This document shows, one piece after another, positions 38,101 to 52,600 of a DNA stretch of 64,000 nt. A model generated the notes under the pieces. That model did no database searches. It was given only the letters and a program-made list of their open reading frames with translations, and had not been told where the DNA came from. Numbering within the stretch: position 1 is the stretch's first letter; the number at the start of each line of letters is the position of its first letter. Source of the DNA: Leptogorgia sarmentosa (taxonomy: Eukaryota); the NCBI GenBank assembly GCA_964658305.1, contig OZ210885.1:16616001-16680000 (forward strand), given 5' to 3'. The position numbers and the translations under genes were made by a program.

Positions 38101-39431
38101 TTTCAATGTAAACTTCAGGGATTTTGTTATTGCTACATCTGGAAATACTTTGTATTGTTGTTTTCCTAAATGTTATTTAATGCCTATTTGTAAATATAAT
38201 TCCTTTCAATTTCAACTTCACGGTTTTGTTATTGTTACAAATTTAAAAAGTGTAACTTGCATCAACAAATGTCTACGACCGTACGAGTAGGAAAATACCG
38301 GTTCTCGTCTGATCACCGAAGTTAAGCCTAGGTGGGCAAAGTTAGTACTTGGATGGGTGACTACCTGCGAATACTTTGTGTTGTAGACTTGCTTCATTTT
38401 ATTGTATGTGTGTTTGTAAATATAATTCCTTTCAATTTCAACTTCAGGGTTTTGTTATTGTTACACGTTTAAAAAGTGTAACTTCCATCAATAAATGTCT
38501 ACGACCATACCACTAGGAAAATACCGGTTCTCGTCTGATCACCGAAGTTAAGCGTAGGTGGGAAAAGTTAGTACTTGGATGGGTGAGCACCTGGGAATAC
38601 TTTGTGTTGTAGATTTGCTTCATTTTATTGTATGTGTGTTTTTAAATAGGTTTGCTTTCAATTTCAACTTCAGGGTTTTGTTATTGTTACACGTTTAAAA
38701 AGTGTAACTTCCATCAACAAATGTCTACGACCATACCAGTAGGAAAATACCGGTTCTCGTCTGATCACCGAAGTTAGGCCTAGGTGGGCAAAGTTAGTAC
38801 TTGGATGGGTGACCACCTGGGAATACTTTGTGTTGTAGACTTGCTTCATTTTATTGTATGTGTGTTTGTAAATAGGTTTGCTTTCAATGCAAACTTCAGG
38901 GATTTTGTTATTGCTACATCTGGAAATACTTTGTATTGTTGTTTTGCTAAATGTTATTTAATCCCTATTTGTAAATATAATTCCTTTTAATTTCAACTTC
39001 AGGGTTTTGTTATTGTTACACGTTTAAAAAGTGTAACTTCCATCAACAAATGCCTACGACCGTACGAGTAGGAAAATACCGGTTCTCGTCTGATCACCGA
39101 AGTTAACCCTAGGTGGGCAAAGTTAGTACTTGGATGGGTGACCACCTGGGAATACTTTGCGTTGTAGACTTGCTTCATTTTGTTGTATGTGTGTTTGTAA
39201 ATAGGTTTGCTTTCAATTTCAACTTCAGGGTTTTGTTATTAATACACGCGTTTAAAAAGTGTAACTTCCATCAACAAATGTCTACAACCATACCAGTAGG
39301 AAAATACCGGTTCTTGTCTGATCACCGAAGTTAGGCCTAGGTGGGAAAAGTTAGTACTTGGATGGGTGACCACCTGGGAATACTTTGTGTTGTAGACTTG
39401 CTTCATTTTATTGTATGTGTGTTTGTAATTA

Positions 39432-42385
39432 GGTTTGCTTTCAATTTCAACTTCAGGGTTTTGTTATTGTTACACGTTTAAAAAGTGCAACTTCCATCAA
39501 CAAATGTCTACGACCATACCAGTAGGAAAATACCGGTTCTCGTCTGATCACCGAAGTTAAGCCTAGGTGGGCAAAGTTAGTACTTGGATGGGTGACCACC
39601 TGGGAATACTTTGTGTTGTAGACTTGCTTCATTTTGTTGTATGTGTGTTTGTAAATAGGTTTGCTTTCAATTTCAACTCCAGGGTTTTGTTATTGTTACA
39701 TGTTTAAAAAGTGTAACTTCCATCAACAAATGTCTACGACCATACCAGTAGGAAAATACCGGTTCTCGTCTGATCACCGAAGTTAAGCCTAGGTGGGAAA
39801 AGTTAGTACTTGGATGGGTGACCACCTGGGAATACTTTGTGTTGTAGACTTGCTTCATTTTATTGTATGTGTGTTTGTAAATAGGTTTGCTTTCAATTTC
39901 AACTTCAGGGTTTTGTTATTGTTACACGTTTAAAAAGTGTAACTTCCATCAACAAATGTGTACGACCACACCAGTAGGAAAATACCGGTTCTCGTCTGAT
40001 CACCGAAGTTAAGCCTAGGTGGGCAAAGTTAGTACTTGGATGGGTGACCACCTGGGAATACTTTGTGTTGTAGACTTGCTTCATTTTATTGTATGTGTGT
40101 TTGTAAATAGGTTTGCTTTCAATGTAAACTTCAGGGATTTTGTTATTGCTACATCTGGAAATACTTTGTATTGTTGTTTTCCTAAATGTTATTTAATGCC
40201 TATTTGTAAATATAATTCCTTTCAACTTCAACTTCAGGGTTTTGTTATTGTTACACGTTTAAAAAGTGTAACTTCCATCAACAAGTGTCTACAACCATAC
40301 CAGTAGGAAAATACCGGTTCTCGTCTGATCACCGAAGTTTAGCCTAGGTGGGCAAAGTTAGTAGTTGGATGGGTGACCACCTGGGAATACTTTGTGTTGT
40401 AGACTTGCTTCATTTTGTTGTATGTGTGTTTGTAAGTAGGTTTGCTTTCAATTTCAACTTCAGGGTTTTGTTATTGTTACACGTTTAAAAAGTGTAACTT
40501 CCATCAACAAATGTCTACGACCATACCAGTAGGAAAATACCTGTTCTCGTCTGATCACCGAAGTTAAGCCTAGGTGGGCAAAGTTAGTACTTGGATGGGT
40601 GACTACCTGGGAATACTTTGTGTTGTAGACTTGCTTCATTTTATTGTATGTGTGTTTGTAAATAGGTTTGCTTTCAATTTCAACTTCAGGGTTTTGTTAT
40701 TAATACACACGTTTAAAAAGTGTAACTTCCATCAACAAATGTCTACAACCATACCAGTAGGAAAATACCGGTTCTCGTCTGATCACCGAAGTTAGGCCTA
40801 GGTGGGAAAAGTTAGTACTTGGATGGGTGACCACCTGGGAATACTTTGTGTTGTAGACTTGCTTCATTTTATTGTATGTGTGTTTGTAAATAGGTTTGCT
40901 TTCAATTTCAACTTCAGGGTTTTGTTATTGTTACACGTTTAAAAAGTGTAACTTCCATCAACAAATGTCTACCACCATACCAGTAGGAAAATACCGGTTC
41001 TCGTCTGATCACCGAAGTTAAGCCTACGTGGGCAAAGTTAGTAGTTGGATGGGTGACCACCTGGGAATACTTTGTGTTGTAGACTTGCTTCATTTTGTTG
41101 TATGTGTGTTTGTAAGTAGGTTTGCTTTCAATTTCAACTTCAGGGTTTTGTTATTGTTACACGTTTAAAAAGTGCAACTTCCATCAACAAATGTCTACGA
41201 CCATACCAGTAGGAAAATACCGGTTCTCGTCTGATCACCGAAGTTAAGCCTAGGTGGGCAAAGTTAGTACTTGGATGGGTGACCACCTGGGAATACTTTG
41301 TGTTGTAGACTTGCTTCATTTTGTTGTATGTGTGTTTGTAAATAGGTTTGCTTTCAATTTCAACTCCAGGGTTTTGTTATTGTTACACGTTTAAAAAGTG
41401 TAACTTCCATCAACAAATGTCTACGACCATACCAGTAGGAAAATACCGGTTCTCGTCTGATCACCGAAGTTAAGCCTAGGTGGGAAAAGTTAGTACTTGG
41501 ATGGGTGACCACCTGGGAATACTTTGTGTTGTAGACTTGCTTCATTTTATTGTATGTGTGTTTGTAAATAGGTTTGCTTTCAATTTCAACTTCAGGGTTT
41601 TGTTATTGTTACACGTTTAAAAAGTGTAACTTCCATCAACAAATGTCTACGACCACACCAGTAGGAAAATACCGGTTCTCGTCTGATCACCGAAGTTAAG
41701 CCTAGGTGGGCAAAGTTAGTACTTGGATGGGTGACCACCTGGGAATACTTTGTGTTGTAGACTTGCTTCATTTTATTGTATGTGTGTTTGTAAATAGGTT
41801 TGCTTTCAATGTAAACTTCAGGGATTTTGTTATTGCTACATCTGGAAATACTTTGTATTGTTGTTTTCCTAAATGTTATTTAATGCCTATTTGTAAATAT
41901 AATTCCTTTCAACTTCAACTTCAGGGTTTTGTTATTGTTACACGTTTAAAAAGTGTAACTTCCATCAACAAGTGTCTACAACCATACCAGTAGGAAAATA
42001 CCGGTTCTCGTCTGATCACCGAAGTTTAGCCTAGGTGGGCAAAGATAGTAGTTGGATGGGTGACCACCTGGGAATACTTTGTGTTGTAGACTTGCTTCAT
42101 TTTGTTGTATGTGTGTTTGTAAGTAGGTTTGCTTTCAATTTCAACTTCAGGGTTTTGTTATTGTTACACGTTTAAAAAGTGTAACTTCCATCAACAAATG
42201 TCTACGACCATACCAGTAGGAAAATACCGGTTCTCGTCTGATCACCGAAGTTAAGCCTAGGTGGGCAAAGTTAGTACTTGGATGGGTGACTACCTGGGAA
42301 TACTTTGTGTTGTAGACTTGCTTCATTTTATTGTATGTGTGTTTGTAAATAGGTTTGCTTTCAATTTCAACTTCAGGGTTTTGTT
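39432..42385 (+). repeat. 1687-bp higher-order repeat (7 genes), ~1.75 copies
   Basis: Markers at 39673/41360 and 40019/41706; GTGCAAC at ~39484/41171. 1687 = 329 + 6x226 + 2. Confidence 0.82.
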
Positions 42386-43619
42386 ATTGTTACACGTTTA
42401 AAAAGTGTAACTTCCATCAACAAATGTCTACGACCATACCAGTAGGAAAATACCGGTTCTCGTCTGATCACCGAAGTTAAGCCTAGGTGGGCAAAGTTAG
42501 TACTTGGATGGGTGACCACCAAGGAATACTTTGTGTTGTAGACTTGCTTCATTTTATTGTATGTGTGTTTGTAAATAGGTTTGCTTTCAATGTAAACTTC
42601 AGGGATTTTGTTATTGCCACATCTGGAAATACTTTGTATTGTTGTTTTCCTAAATGTTATTTAATGCCTATTTGTAAATATAATTCCTTTCAATTTCAAA
42701 TTCAGGGTTTTGTTATTGTTACACATTTAAAAAGTGTAACTTGCATCAACAAATGTCTACGACCGTACGAGTAGGAAAATACCGGTTCTCGTCTGATCAC
42801 CGAAGTTAAGCCTAGGTGGGCAAAGTTAGTACTTGGATGGGTGACTACCTGCGAATACTTTGTGTTGTAGACTTGCTTCATTTTATTGTATGTGTGTTTG
42901 TAAATATAATTCCTTTCAATTTCAACTTCAGGGTTTTGTTATTGTTACACGTTTAAAAAGTGTAACTTCCATCAACAAATGTCTACGACAATACCAGTAG
43001 GAAAATACCGGTTCTCGTCTGATCACCGAAGTTAAGCCTAGGTGGGAAAAGTTAGTACTTGGATGGGTGACCACCTGGGAATACTTTGTGTTGTAGACTT
43101 GCTTGATTTTATTGTATGTGTGTTTGTAAATAGGTTTGCTTTCAATTTCAACTTCAGGGTTTTGTTATTGTTACACGTTTAAAAAGTGTAACTTCCATCA
43201 ACAAATGTCTAATTCCATACCAGTAGGAAAATACCGGTTCTCGTCTGATCACCGAAGTTAAGCCTAGGTGGGCAAAGTTAGTAGTTGGATGGGTGACCAC
43301 CTGGGAATACTTTGTGTTGTAGACTTGCTTGATTTTATTGTATGTGTGTTTGTAAATAGGTTTGCTTTCAATTTCAACTTCAGGGTTTTGTTATTGTTAC
43401 ACGTTTAAAAAGTGTAACTTCCATCAACAAATGTCTACGACCATACCAGTAGGAAAATACCGGTTCTTGTCTGATCACCGAAGTTAAGCCTAGGTGGGCA
43501 AAGTTAGTACTTGGATGGGTGACCACCTGGGAATACTTTGTGTTGCAGACTTGCTTCATTTTATTGTATGTGTGTTTGTAAATAGGTTTGCTTTCAATGT
43601 AAACTTCAGGGATTTTGTT

Positions 43620-46600
43620 ATTGCTACATCTGGAAATACTTTGTATTGTTGTTTTCCTAAATATTATTTAATGCCTATTTGTAAATATAATTCCTTTCAA
43701 CTTCAACTTCAGGGTTTTGTTATTGTTACACGTTTAAAAAGTGTAACTTCCATCAACAAGTGTCTACGACCATACCAGTAGGAAAATACCGGTTCTCGTC
43801 TGATCACCGAAGTTAAGCCTAGGTGGGCAAAGTTAGTACTTGGATGGGTGACCACCTGGGAATACTTTGTGTTGTAGACTTGCTTCATTTTATTGTATGT
43901 GTGTTTGTAAATAGGTTTGCTTTCAATGTAAACTTCAGGGATTTTGTTATTGCTACATCTGGAAATACTTTGTATTGTTGTTTTCCTAAATGTTATTTAA
44001 TGCCTATTTGTAAATATAATTCCTTTCAATTTCAACTTCAGGGTTTTGTTATTGTTACACATTTAAAAAGTGTAAGTTGCATCAACAAATGTCTACGACC
44101 GTACGAGTAGGAAAATACCGGTTCTCGTCTGATCACCGAAGTTAAGCCTAGGTGGGCAAAGTTAGTACTTGGATGGGTGACTACCTGCGAATACTTTGTG
44201 TTGTAGACTTGCTTCATTTTATTGTATGTGTGTTTGTAAATATAATTCCTTTCAATTTCAACTTCAGGGTTTTGTTATTGTTACACGTTTAAAAAGTGTA
44301 ACTTCCATCAACAAATGTCTACGACCATACCAGTAGGAAAATACCGGTTCTCGTCTGATCACCGAAGTTAAGCCTAGGTGGGCAAAGTTAGTACTTGGAT
44401 GGGTGACCACCTGGGAATACTTTGTGTTTTAGACTTGCTTCATTTTATTGTATGTGTGTTTGTAAATAGGTTTGCTTTCAATGTAAACTTCAGGGATTTT
44501 GTTATTGCTACATCTGGAAATACTTTGTATTGTTGTTTTGCTAAATGTTATTTAATGCCTATTTGTAAATATAATTCCTTTCAATTTCAACTTCAGGGTT
44601 TTGTTATTGTTACACGTTTAAAAAGTGTAACTTCCATCAACAAATGTCTACGACCATATCAGTAGGAAAATACCGGTTCTCGTCTGATCACTGAACTTAA
44701 GCCTAGGTGGGCAAAGTTAGTACTTGGATGGGTGACTACCTGGGAATACTTTGTGTTGTAGACTTGCTTCATTTTATTGTATGTGTGTTTGTAAATAGGT
44801 TTGCTTTCAATTTCAACTTCAGGGTTTTGTTATTAATACACACGTTTAAAAAGTGTAACTTCCATCAACAAATGTCTACAACCATACCAGTAGGAAAATA
44901 CCGGTTCTCGTCTGATCACCGAAGTTAGGCCTAGGTGGGAAAAGTTAGTACTTGGATGGGTGACCACCTGGGAATACTTTGTGTTGTAGACTTGCTTCAT
45001 ATTATGGTATGTGTGTTTGTAAATAGGTTTGCTTTCAATTTCAACTTCAGGGTTTTGTTATTGTTACACGTTTAAAAAGTGTAACTTCCATCAACAAATG
45101 TCTACCACCATACCAGTAGGAAAATACCGGTTCTCGTCTGATCACCGAAGTAAAGCCTAGGTGGGCAAAGTTAGTACTTGGATGGGTGACCACCTGGGAA
45201 TACTTTGTGTTGTAGACTTGCTTCATTTTATTGTATGTGTGTTTGTAAATAGGTTTGCTTTCAATTTCAACTTCAGGGTTTTGTTATTGTTACACGTTTA
45301 AAAAGTGTAACTTCCATCAACTAATGTCTACGACCATACCAGTAGGAAAATACCGGTTCTCGTCTGATCACCGAAGTAAAGCCTAGGTGGGCAAAGTTAG
45401 TACTTGGATGGGTGACCACCTGGGAATACTTTGTGTTGTAGACTTGCTTCATTTTATTGTATGTGTGTTTGTAAATAGGTTTGCTTTCAATTTCAACTTC
45501 AGGGATTTTGTTATTGCTACATCTGGAAATACTTTGTATTGTTGTTTTGCTAAATGTTATTTAATGCCTATTTGTAAATATAATTCCTTTCAATTTCAAC
45601 TTCAAGGTTTTGTTATTGTTACACGTTTAAAAAGTGTTACTTCCATCAACAAATGTCTACGACCATACCTGTAGGAAAATACCGGTTCTCGTCTGATGAC
45701 CGAAGTTAAGCCTAGGTGGGCCAAGTTAGTACTTGGATGGGTGACTACCTGGGAATACTTTGTGTTGTAGACTTGCTTCATTTTATTGTATGTGTGTTTG
45801 TAAATATAATTCCTTTCAATTTCAACTTCAGGGTTTTGTTATTGTTACACGTTTAAAAAGTGTTACTTCCATCTGCAAATGTCTACGACCATACCAGTAG
45901 GAAAATACCGGTTCTCGTCTGATCACCGAAGTTAAGCCTAGGTGGGCAAGTTAGTACTTGGATGGGTGACCACCTGGGAATACTTTGTGTTGTAGACTTG
46001 CTTCATTTTATTGTATGTGTGTTTGTAAATAGGTTTGCTTTCAATTTCAATTTCAGGGTTTTGTTATTGTTACACGTTTAAAAAGTGTTACTTCCATCAA
46101 GAAATGTCTACGACGATACCAGTAGGAAAATACCGGTTCTCGTCTGATCACCGAAGTTAAGCCTAGGTGGGCAAAGTTAGTACTTCGATGGGTGACTACC
46201 TGGGAATACTTTGTGTTGTAGACTTGCTTCATTTTATTGTATGTGTGTTTGTAAATATAATTCCTTTCAATTTCAACTTCGGGGTTTTGTTATCGTTACA
46301 CGTTTAAAAAGTGTAACTTCCATCAACAAATGTCTACGACCATACCAGTAGGAAAATACCGGTTCTCGTCTGATCACCGAAGTTAAGCCTAGATGGGCAA
46401 AGTTAGTACTTGGATGGGTGACTACCTGGGAATACTTTGTGTTGTAGACTTGCTTCATTTTATTGTATGTGTGTTTGTAAATAGGTTTGCTTTCAATTTC
46501 AACTTCAGGGTTTTGTTATTGTTACACGTTTAAAAAGTGTAACTTCCATCAACAAATGTCTACGACCATTCCAGTAGGAATATACCGGTTCTCGTCTGAT

Positions 46601-49600
46601 CACCGAAGTTAAGCCTAGGTGGGCAAAGTTAGTACTTGGATGGGTGACCACCTGGGAATACTTTGTGTTGTAGACTTGCTTCATTTTATTGTATGTGTGT
46701 TTGTAAATAGGTTTGCTTGCAATTTCAACTTCAGGGTTTTGTTATTGTTACACGTTTAAAAAGTGTAACTTCCATCAACTAATGTCTACGACCATACCAG
46801 TAGGAAAATACCGGTTCTCGTCTGATCACCGAAGTTAAGCCTAGGTGGGCAAAGTTAGTACTTGGATGGGTGACTACATGGGAATACTTTGTGTTGTAGA
46901 CTTGCTTCATTTTATTGTATGTGTGTTTGTAAATAGGTTTGCTTTCAATTTCAACTTCAGGGTTTTGTTATTGTTACACGTTTAAAAAGTGTAACTTCCA
47001 TCAACAAATGTCTACGACCATACCAGTAGGAAAATACCGGTTCTCGTTTGATCACTGAAGTTAAGCCTACGTGGGCAAAGTTAGTACTTGGATGGGTGAC
47101 TACCTGGGAATACTTTGTGTTGTAGACTTGCTTCATTTTATTGTATGTGTGTTTGTAAATATAATTCCTTTCAATTTCAACTTCAGGGTTTTGTTATTGT
47201 TACACGTTTAAAAAGTGTAACTTCCATCAACAAATGTCTACGACCATACCAGTAGGAAAATACCGGTTCTCGTTTGATCACTGAAGTTAAGCCTACGTGG
47301 GCAAAGTTAGTACTTGGATGGGTGACTACCTGGGAATACTTTGTGTTGTAGACTTGCTTCATTTTATTGTATGTGTGTTTGTAAATATAATTCCTTTCAA
47401 TTTCAACTTCAGGGTTTTGTTATTGTTACACGTTGAAAAAGTGTAACTTCCATCAACAAATGTCTACGACCATACCAGTAGGAAAATACCGGTTCTCGTT
47501 TGATCACTGAAGTTAAGCCTACGTGGGCAAAGTTAGTACTTGGATGGGTGACTACCTGGGAATACTTTGTGTTGTAGACTTGCTTCATTTTATTGTATGT
47601 GTGTTTGTAAATAGGTTTGCTTTCAATTTCAACTTCAGGGTTTTGTTATTGTTACACGTTGAAAAAGTGTAACTTCCATCAACAAATGTCTACGACCATA
47701 CCAGTAGGAAAATACCGGTTCTCGTCTGATCACCAAAGTTAAGCCTAGGTGGGCAAAGTTAGTAGTTGGATGGGTGACCACCTGGGAATATTTTGTGTTG
47801 TAGACTTGCTTCATTTTATTGTATGTCTGTTTGTAAATAGGTTTGCTTTCAATTTCAACTTCAGGGTTTTGTTATTGTTACACGTTTAAAAAGTGTAACT
47901 TCCATCAACAAATGTCTACGACCATACCAGTGGGAAAATACCGGTTCTCGTCTGATCACCGAAGTTAAGCCTAGGTGGGCAAAGTTAGTAGTTGGATGGG
48001 TGACCACCTGGGAATACTTTGTGTTGTAGACTTGCTTCATTTTATTGTATGTGTGTTTATAAATAGGTTTGCTTGGAATTTCAACTTCAGGGTTTTGTTA
48101 TTGTTACACGTTTAAAAAGTGTAACTTCCATCAACAAATGTCTACGACCATACCAGTAGGAAAATACCGGTTCTCGTCTGATCACCGAAGTTAAGCCTAG
48201 GTGGGCAAAGTTAGTAGTTGGATGGGTGACCACCTGGGAATACTTTGTGTTGTAGACTTGCTTCTTTTTATTGTATGTGTGCTTGTAAATAGGTTTGCTT
48301 TCAATTTCAACTTCAGGGTTTTGTTATTGTTACACGTTTAAAAAGTGTTACTTCCATCAACAAATGTCTACGACCATACCTGTAGGAAAATACCGGTTCT
48401 CGTCTGATGACCGAAGTTAAGCCTAGGTGGGCAAAGTTAGTACTTGGATGGGTGACTACCTGGGAATACTTTGTGTTGTAGACTTGCTTCATTTTATTGT
48501 ATGTGTGTTTGTAAATATAATTCCTTTCAATTTCAACTTCAGGGTTTTGTTATTGTTACACGTTTAAAAAGTGTTACTTCCATCGGCAAATGTCTACGAC
48601 CATACCAGTAGGAAAATACCGGTTCTCGTCTGATCACCGAAGTTAAGCCTAGGTGGGCAAGTTAGTACTTGGATGGGTGACCACCTGGGAATACCTTGTG
48701 TTGTAGACTTGCTTCATTTTATTGTATGTGTGTTTGTAAATAGGTTTGCTTTCAATTTCATCTTCAGGGTTTTGTTATTGTTACACGTTTAAAAAGTGTT
48801 ACTTCCATCAACAAATGTCTACGACCATACCAGTAGGAAAATACCGGTTCTCGTCTGATCACCGAAGTTAAGCCTAGGTGGGCAAAGTTAGTACTTGGAT
48901 GGGTGACTACCTGGGAATACTTTGTGTTGTAGACTTGCTTCATTTTATTGTATGTGTGTTTGTAAATATAATTCCTTTCAATTTCAACTTCAGGGTTTTG
49001 TTATTGTTACACGTTTAAAAAGTGTAACTTCCATCAACAATTGTCTACGACCATACCAGTAGGAAAATACCGGTTCTCGTCTGATCACAGAAGTTAAGCC
49101 TAGGTGGGCAAAGTTAGTACTTGGATGGGTGACTACCTGGGAATACTTTGTGTTGTAGACTTGCTTCATTTTATTGTAGGTGTGTTTGTAAATAGGTTTG
49201 CTTTCAATTTCAACTTCAGGGTTTTGTTATTGTTACACGTTTAAAAAGTGTAACTTCCATCAACAAATGTCTACGACCATACCAGTAGCAAAATACCGGT
49301 TCTCGTCTGATCACCGAAGTGAAGCCTAGATGGGCAAAGTTAGTACTTGGATGGGTGACCACCTGGGAATACTTTGTGTTGTAGACTTGCTTCATTTTAT
49401 TGTATGTGTGTTTGTAAATAGGTTTGCTTTCAATTTCAACTTCAGGGTTTTGTTATTGTTACACGTTTAAAAAGTGTTACTTCCATCCAGAAATATCTAT
49501 GACCATACCAGTAGGAAAATACCGGTTCTCGTCTGATCACCGAAGTTAAGCCTAGGTGGGCAAGGTTAGTAGTTGGATGGGTGACCACCTGGGAATATTT

Positions 49601-52600
49601 TGTGTTGTACACTTGCTTCATTTTATTGTATGTGTGTTTCTAAATAGGTTTGCTTTCAATTTCAACTTCAGGGTTTTCTTATTGTTACACGTTTAAAAAG
49701 TGTAACTTCCATCAACAAATGTCTACGACCATACCAGTAGCAAAATACCGGTTCTCGTCTGATCACCGAAGTTAACCCTAGGTGGGCAAAGTTAGTAGTT
49801 GGATGGGTGACCACCTGGGAATACTTTGTGTTGTAGACTTGCTTCATTTTATTGTATGTGTGTTTGTAAATAGGTTTGCTTGGAATTTCAACTTCAGGGT
49901 TTTGTTATTGTTACACGTTTAAAAAGTGTAACTTCCATCAACAGATGTCTACGACCATACCTGTAGGAAAATACCGGTTCTCCTCTGATCACCGAAGTTA
50001 AGCCTAGGTGGGAAAAGTTAGTAGTTGTATGGGTGGCCACCTGGGAATATTTTGTGTTGTACACTTGCTTCATTTTATTGTATGTGTGTTTCTAAATAGG
50101 TTTGCTTTCAATTTCAACTTCAGGGTTTTGTTATTGTTACACGTTTAAAAAGTGTTACTTCCATCGGCAAATGTCTACGACCATACCAGTAGGAAAATAC
50201 CGGTTCTCGTCTGATCACCGAAGTTAAGCCTAGGTGGGCAAGTTAGTACTTGGATGGGTGACCACCTGGGAATACTTTGTGTTGTAGACTTGCTTCATTT
50301 TATTGTATGTGTGTTTGTAGATAGGTTTGCTTTCAATTTCAACTTCAGGGATTTGTTATTGTTACACGTTTAAAAAGTGTTACTTCCATGAACAAATGTC
50401 TACGACCATACCAGTAGGAAAATACCGGTTCTCGTCTGATCACCGAAGTTAAGCCTAGGTGGGGAAAGTTAGTACTTGGATGGGTGACCACCTGGGAATA
50501 CTTTTTTTTGTAGACTTGCTTCATTTTATTGTATGTGTGTTTGCAAATAGGTTTGCTTTCAATGTAAACTTCAGGGATTTTGTTATTGCTACATCTGGAA
50601 ATACTTTGTATTGTTGTTTTCCTAAATATTATTTAATGCCTATTTGTAAATATAATTCCTTTCAACTTCAACTTCAGGGTTTTGTTATTGTTACACGTTT
50701 AAAAAGTGTAACTTCCATCAACAAGTGTCTACGACCATACCAGTAGGAAAATACCGGTTCTCGTCTGATCACCGAAGTTAAGCCTAGGTGGGCAAAGTTA
50801 GTACTTGGATGGGTGACCACCTGGGAATACTTTGTGTTGTAGACTTGCTTCATTTTATTGTATGTGTGTTTGTAAATAGGTTTGCTTTCAATGTAAACTT
50901 CAGGGATTTTGTTATTGCTACATCTGGAAATACTTTGTATTGTTGTTTTCCTAAATGTTATTTAATGCCTATTTGTAAATATAATTCCTTTCAATTTCAA
51001 CTTCAGGGTTTTGTTATTGTTACACATTTAAAAAGTGTAACTTGCATCAACAAATGTCTACGACCGTACGAGTAGGAAAATACCGGTTCTCGTCTGATCA
51101 CCGAAGTTAAGCCTAGGTGGGCAAAGTTAGTACTTGGATGGGTGACTACCTGCGAATACTTTGTGTTGTAGACTTGCTTCATTTTATTGTATGTGTGTTT
51201 GTAAATATAATTCCTTTCAATTTCAACTTCAGGGTTTTGTTATTGTTACACGTTTAAAAAGTGTAACTTCCATCAACAAATGTCTACGACCATATCAGTA
51301 GGAAAATACCGGTTCTCGTCTGATCACTGAACTTAAGCCTAGGTGGGCACAGTTAGTACTTGGATGGGTGACTACCTGGGAATACTTTGTGTTGTAGACT
51401 TGCTTCATTTTATTGTATGTGTGTTTGTAAATAGGTTTGCTTTCAATTTCAACTTCAGGGTTTTGTTATTAATACACACGTTTAAAAAGTGTAACTTCCA
51501 TCAACAAATGTCTACAACCATACCAGTAGGAAAATACCGGTTCTCGTCTGATCACCGAAGTTAGGCCTAGGTGGGAAAAGTTAGTACTTGGATGGGTGAC
51601 CACCTGGGAATACTTTGTGTTGTAGACTTGCTTCATATTATGGTATGTGTGTTTGTAAATAGGTTTGCTTTCAATTTCAACTTCAGGGTTTTGTTATTGT
51701 TACACGTTTAAAAAGTGTAACTTCCATCAACAAATGTCTACCACCATACCAGTAGGAAAATACCGGTTCTCGTCTGATCACCGAAGTAAAGCCTAGGTGG
51801 GCAAAGTTAGTACTTGGATGGGTGACCACCTGGGAATACTTTGTGTTGTAGACTTGCTTCATTTTATTGTATGTGTGTTTGTAAATAGGTTTGCTTTCAA
51901 TTTCAACTTCAGGGTTTTGTTATTGTTACACGTTTAAAAAGTGTAACTTCCATCAACTAATGTCTACGACCATACCAGTAGGAAAATACCGGTTCTCGTC
52001 TGATCACCGAAGTTAAGCCTAGGTGGGCAAAGTTAGTACTTGGATGGGTGACTACATGGGAATACTTTGTGTTGTAGACTTGCTTCATTTTATTGTATGT
52101 GTGTTTGTAAATAGGTTTGCTTTCAATTTCAACTTCAGGGTTTTGTTATTGTTACACGTTTAAAAAGTGTAACTTCCATCAACAAATGTCTACGACCATA
52201 CCAGTAGGAAAATACCGGTTCTCGTTTGATCACTGAAGTTAAGCCTACGTGGGCAAAGTTAGTACTTGGATGGGTGACTACCTGGGAATACTTTGTGTTG
52301 TAGACTTGCTTCATTTTATTGTATGTGTGTTTGTAAATATAATTCCTTTCAATTTCAACTTCAGGGTTTTGTTATTGTTACACGTTTAAAAAGTGTAACT
52401 TCCATCAACAAATGTCTACGACCATACCAGTAGGAAAATACCGGTTCTCGTTTGATCACTGAAGTTAAGCCTACGTGGGCAAAGTTAGTACTTGGATGGG
52501 TGACTACCTGGGAATACTTTGTGTTGTAGACTTGCTTCATTTTATTGTATGTGTGTTTGTAAATATAATTCCTTTCAATTTCAACTTCAGGGTTTTGTTA

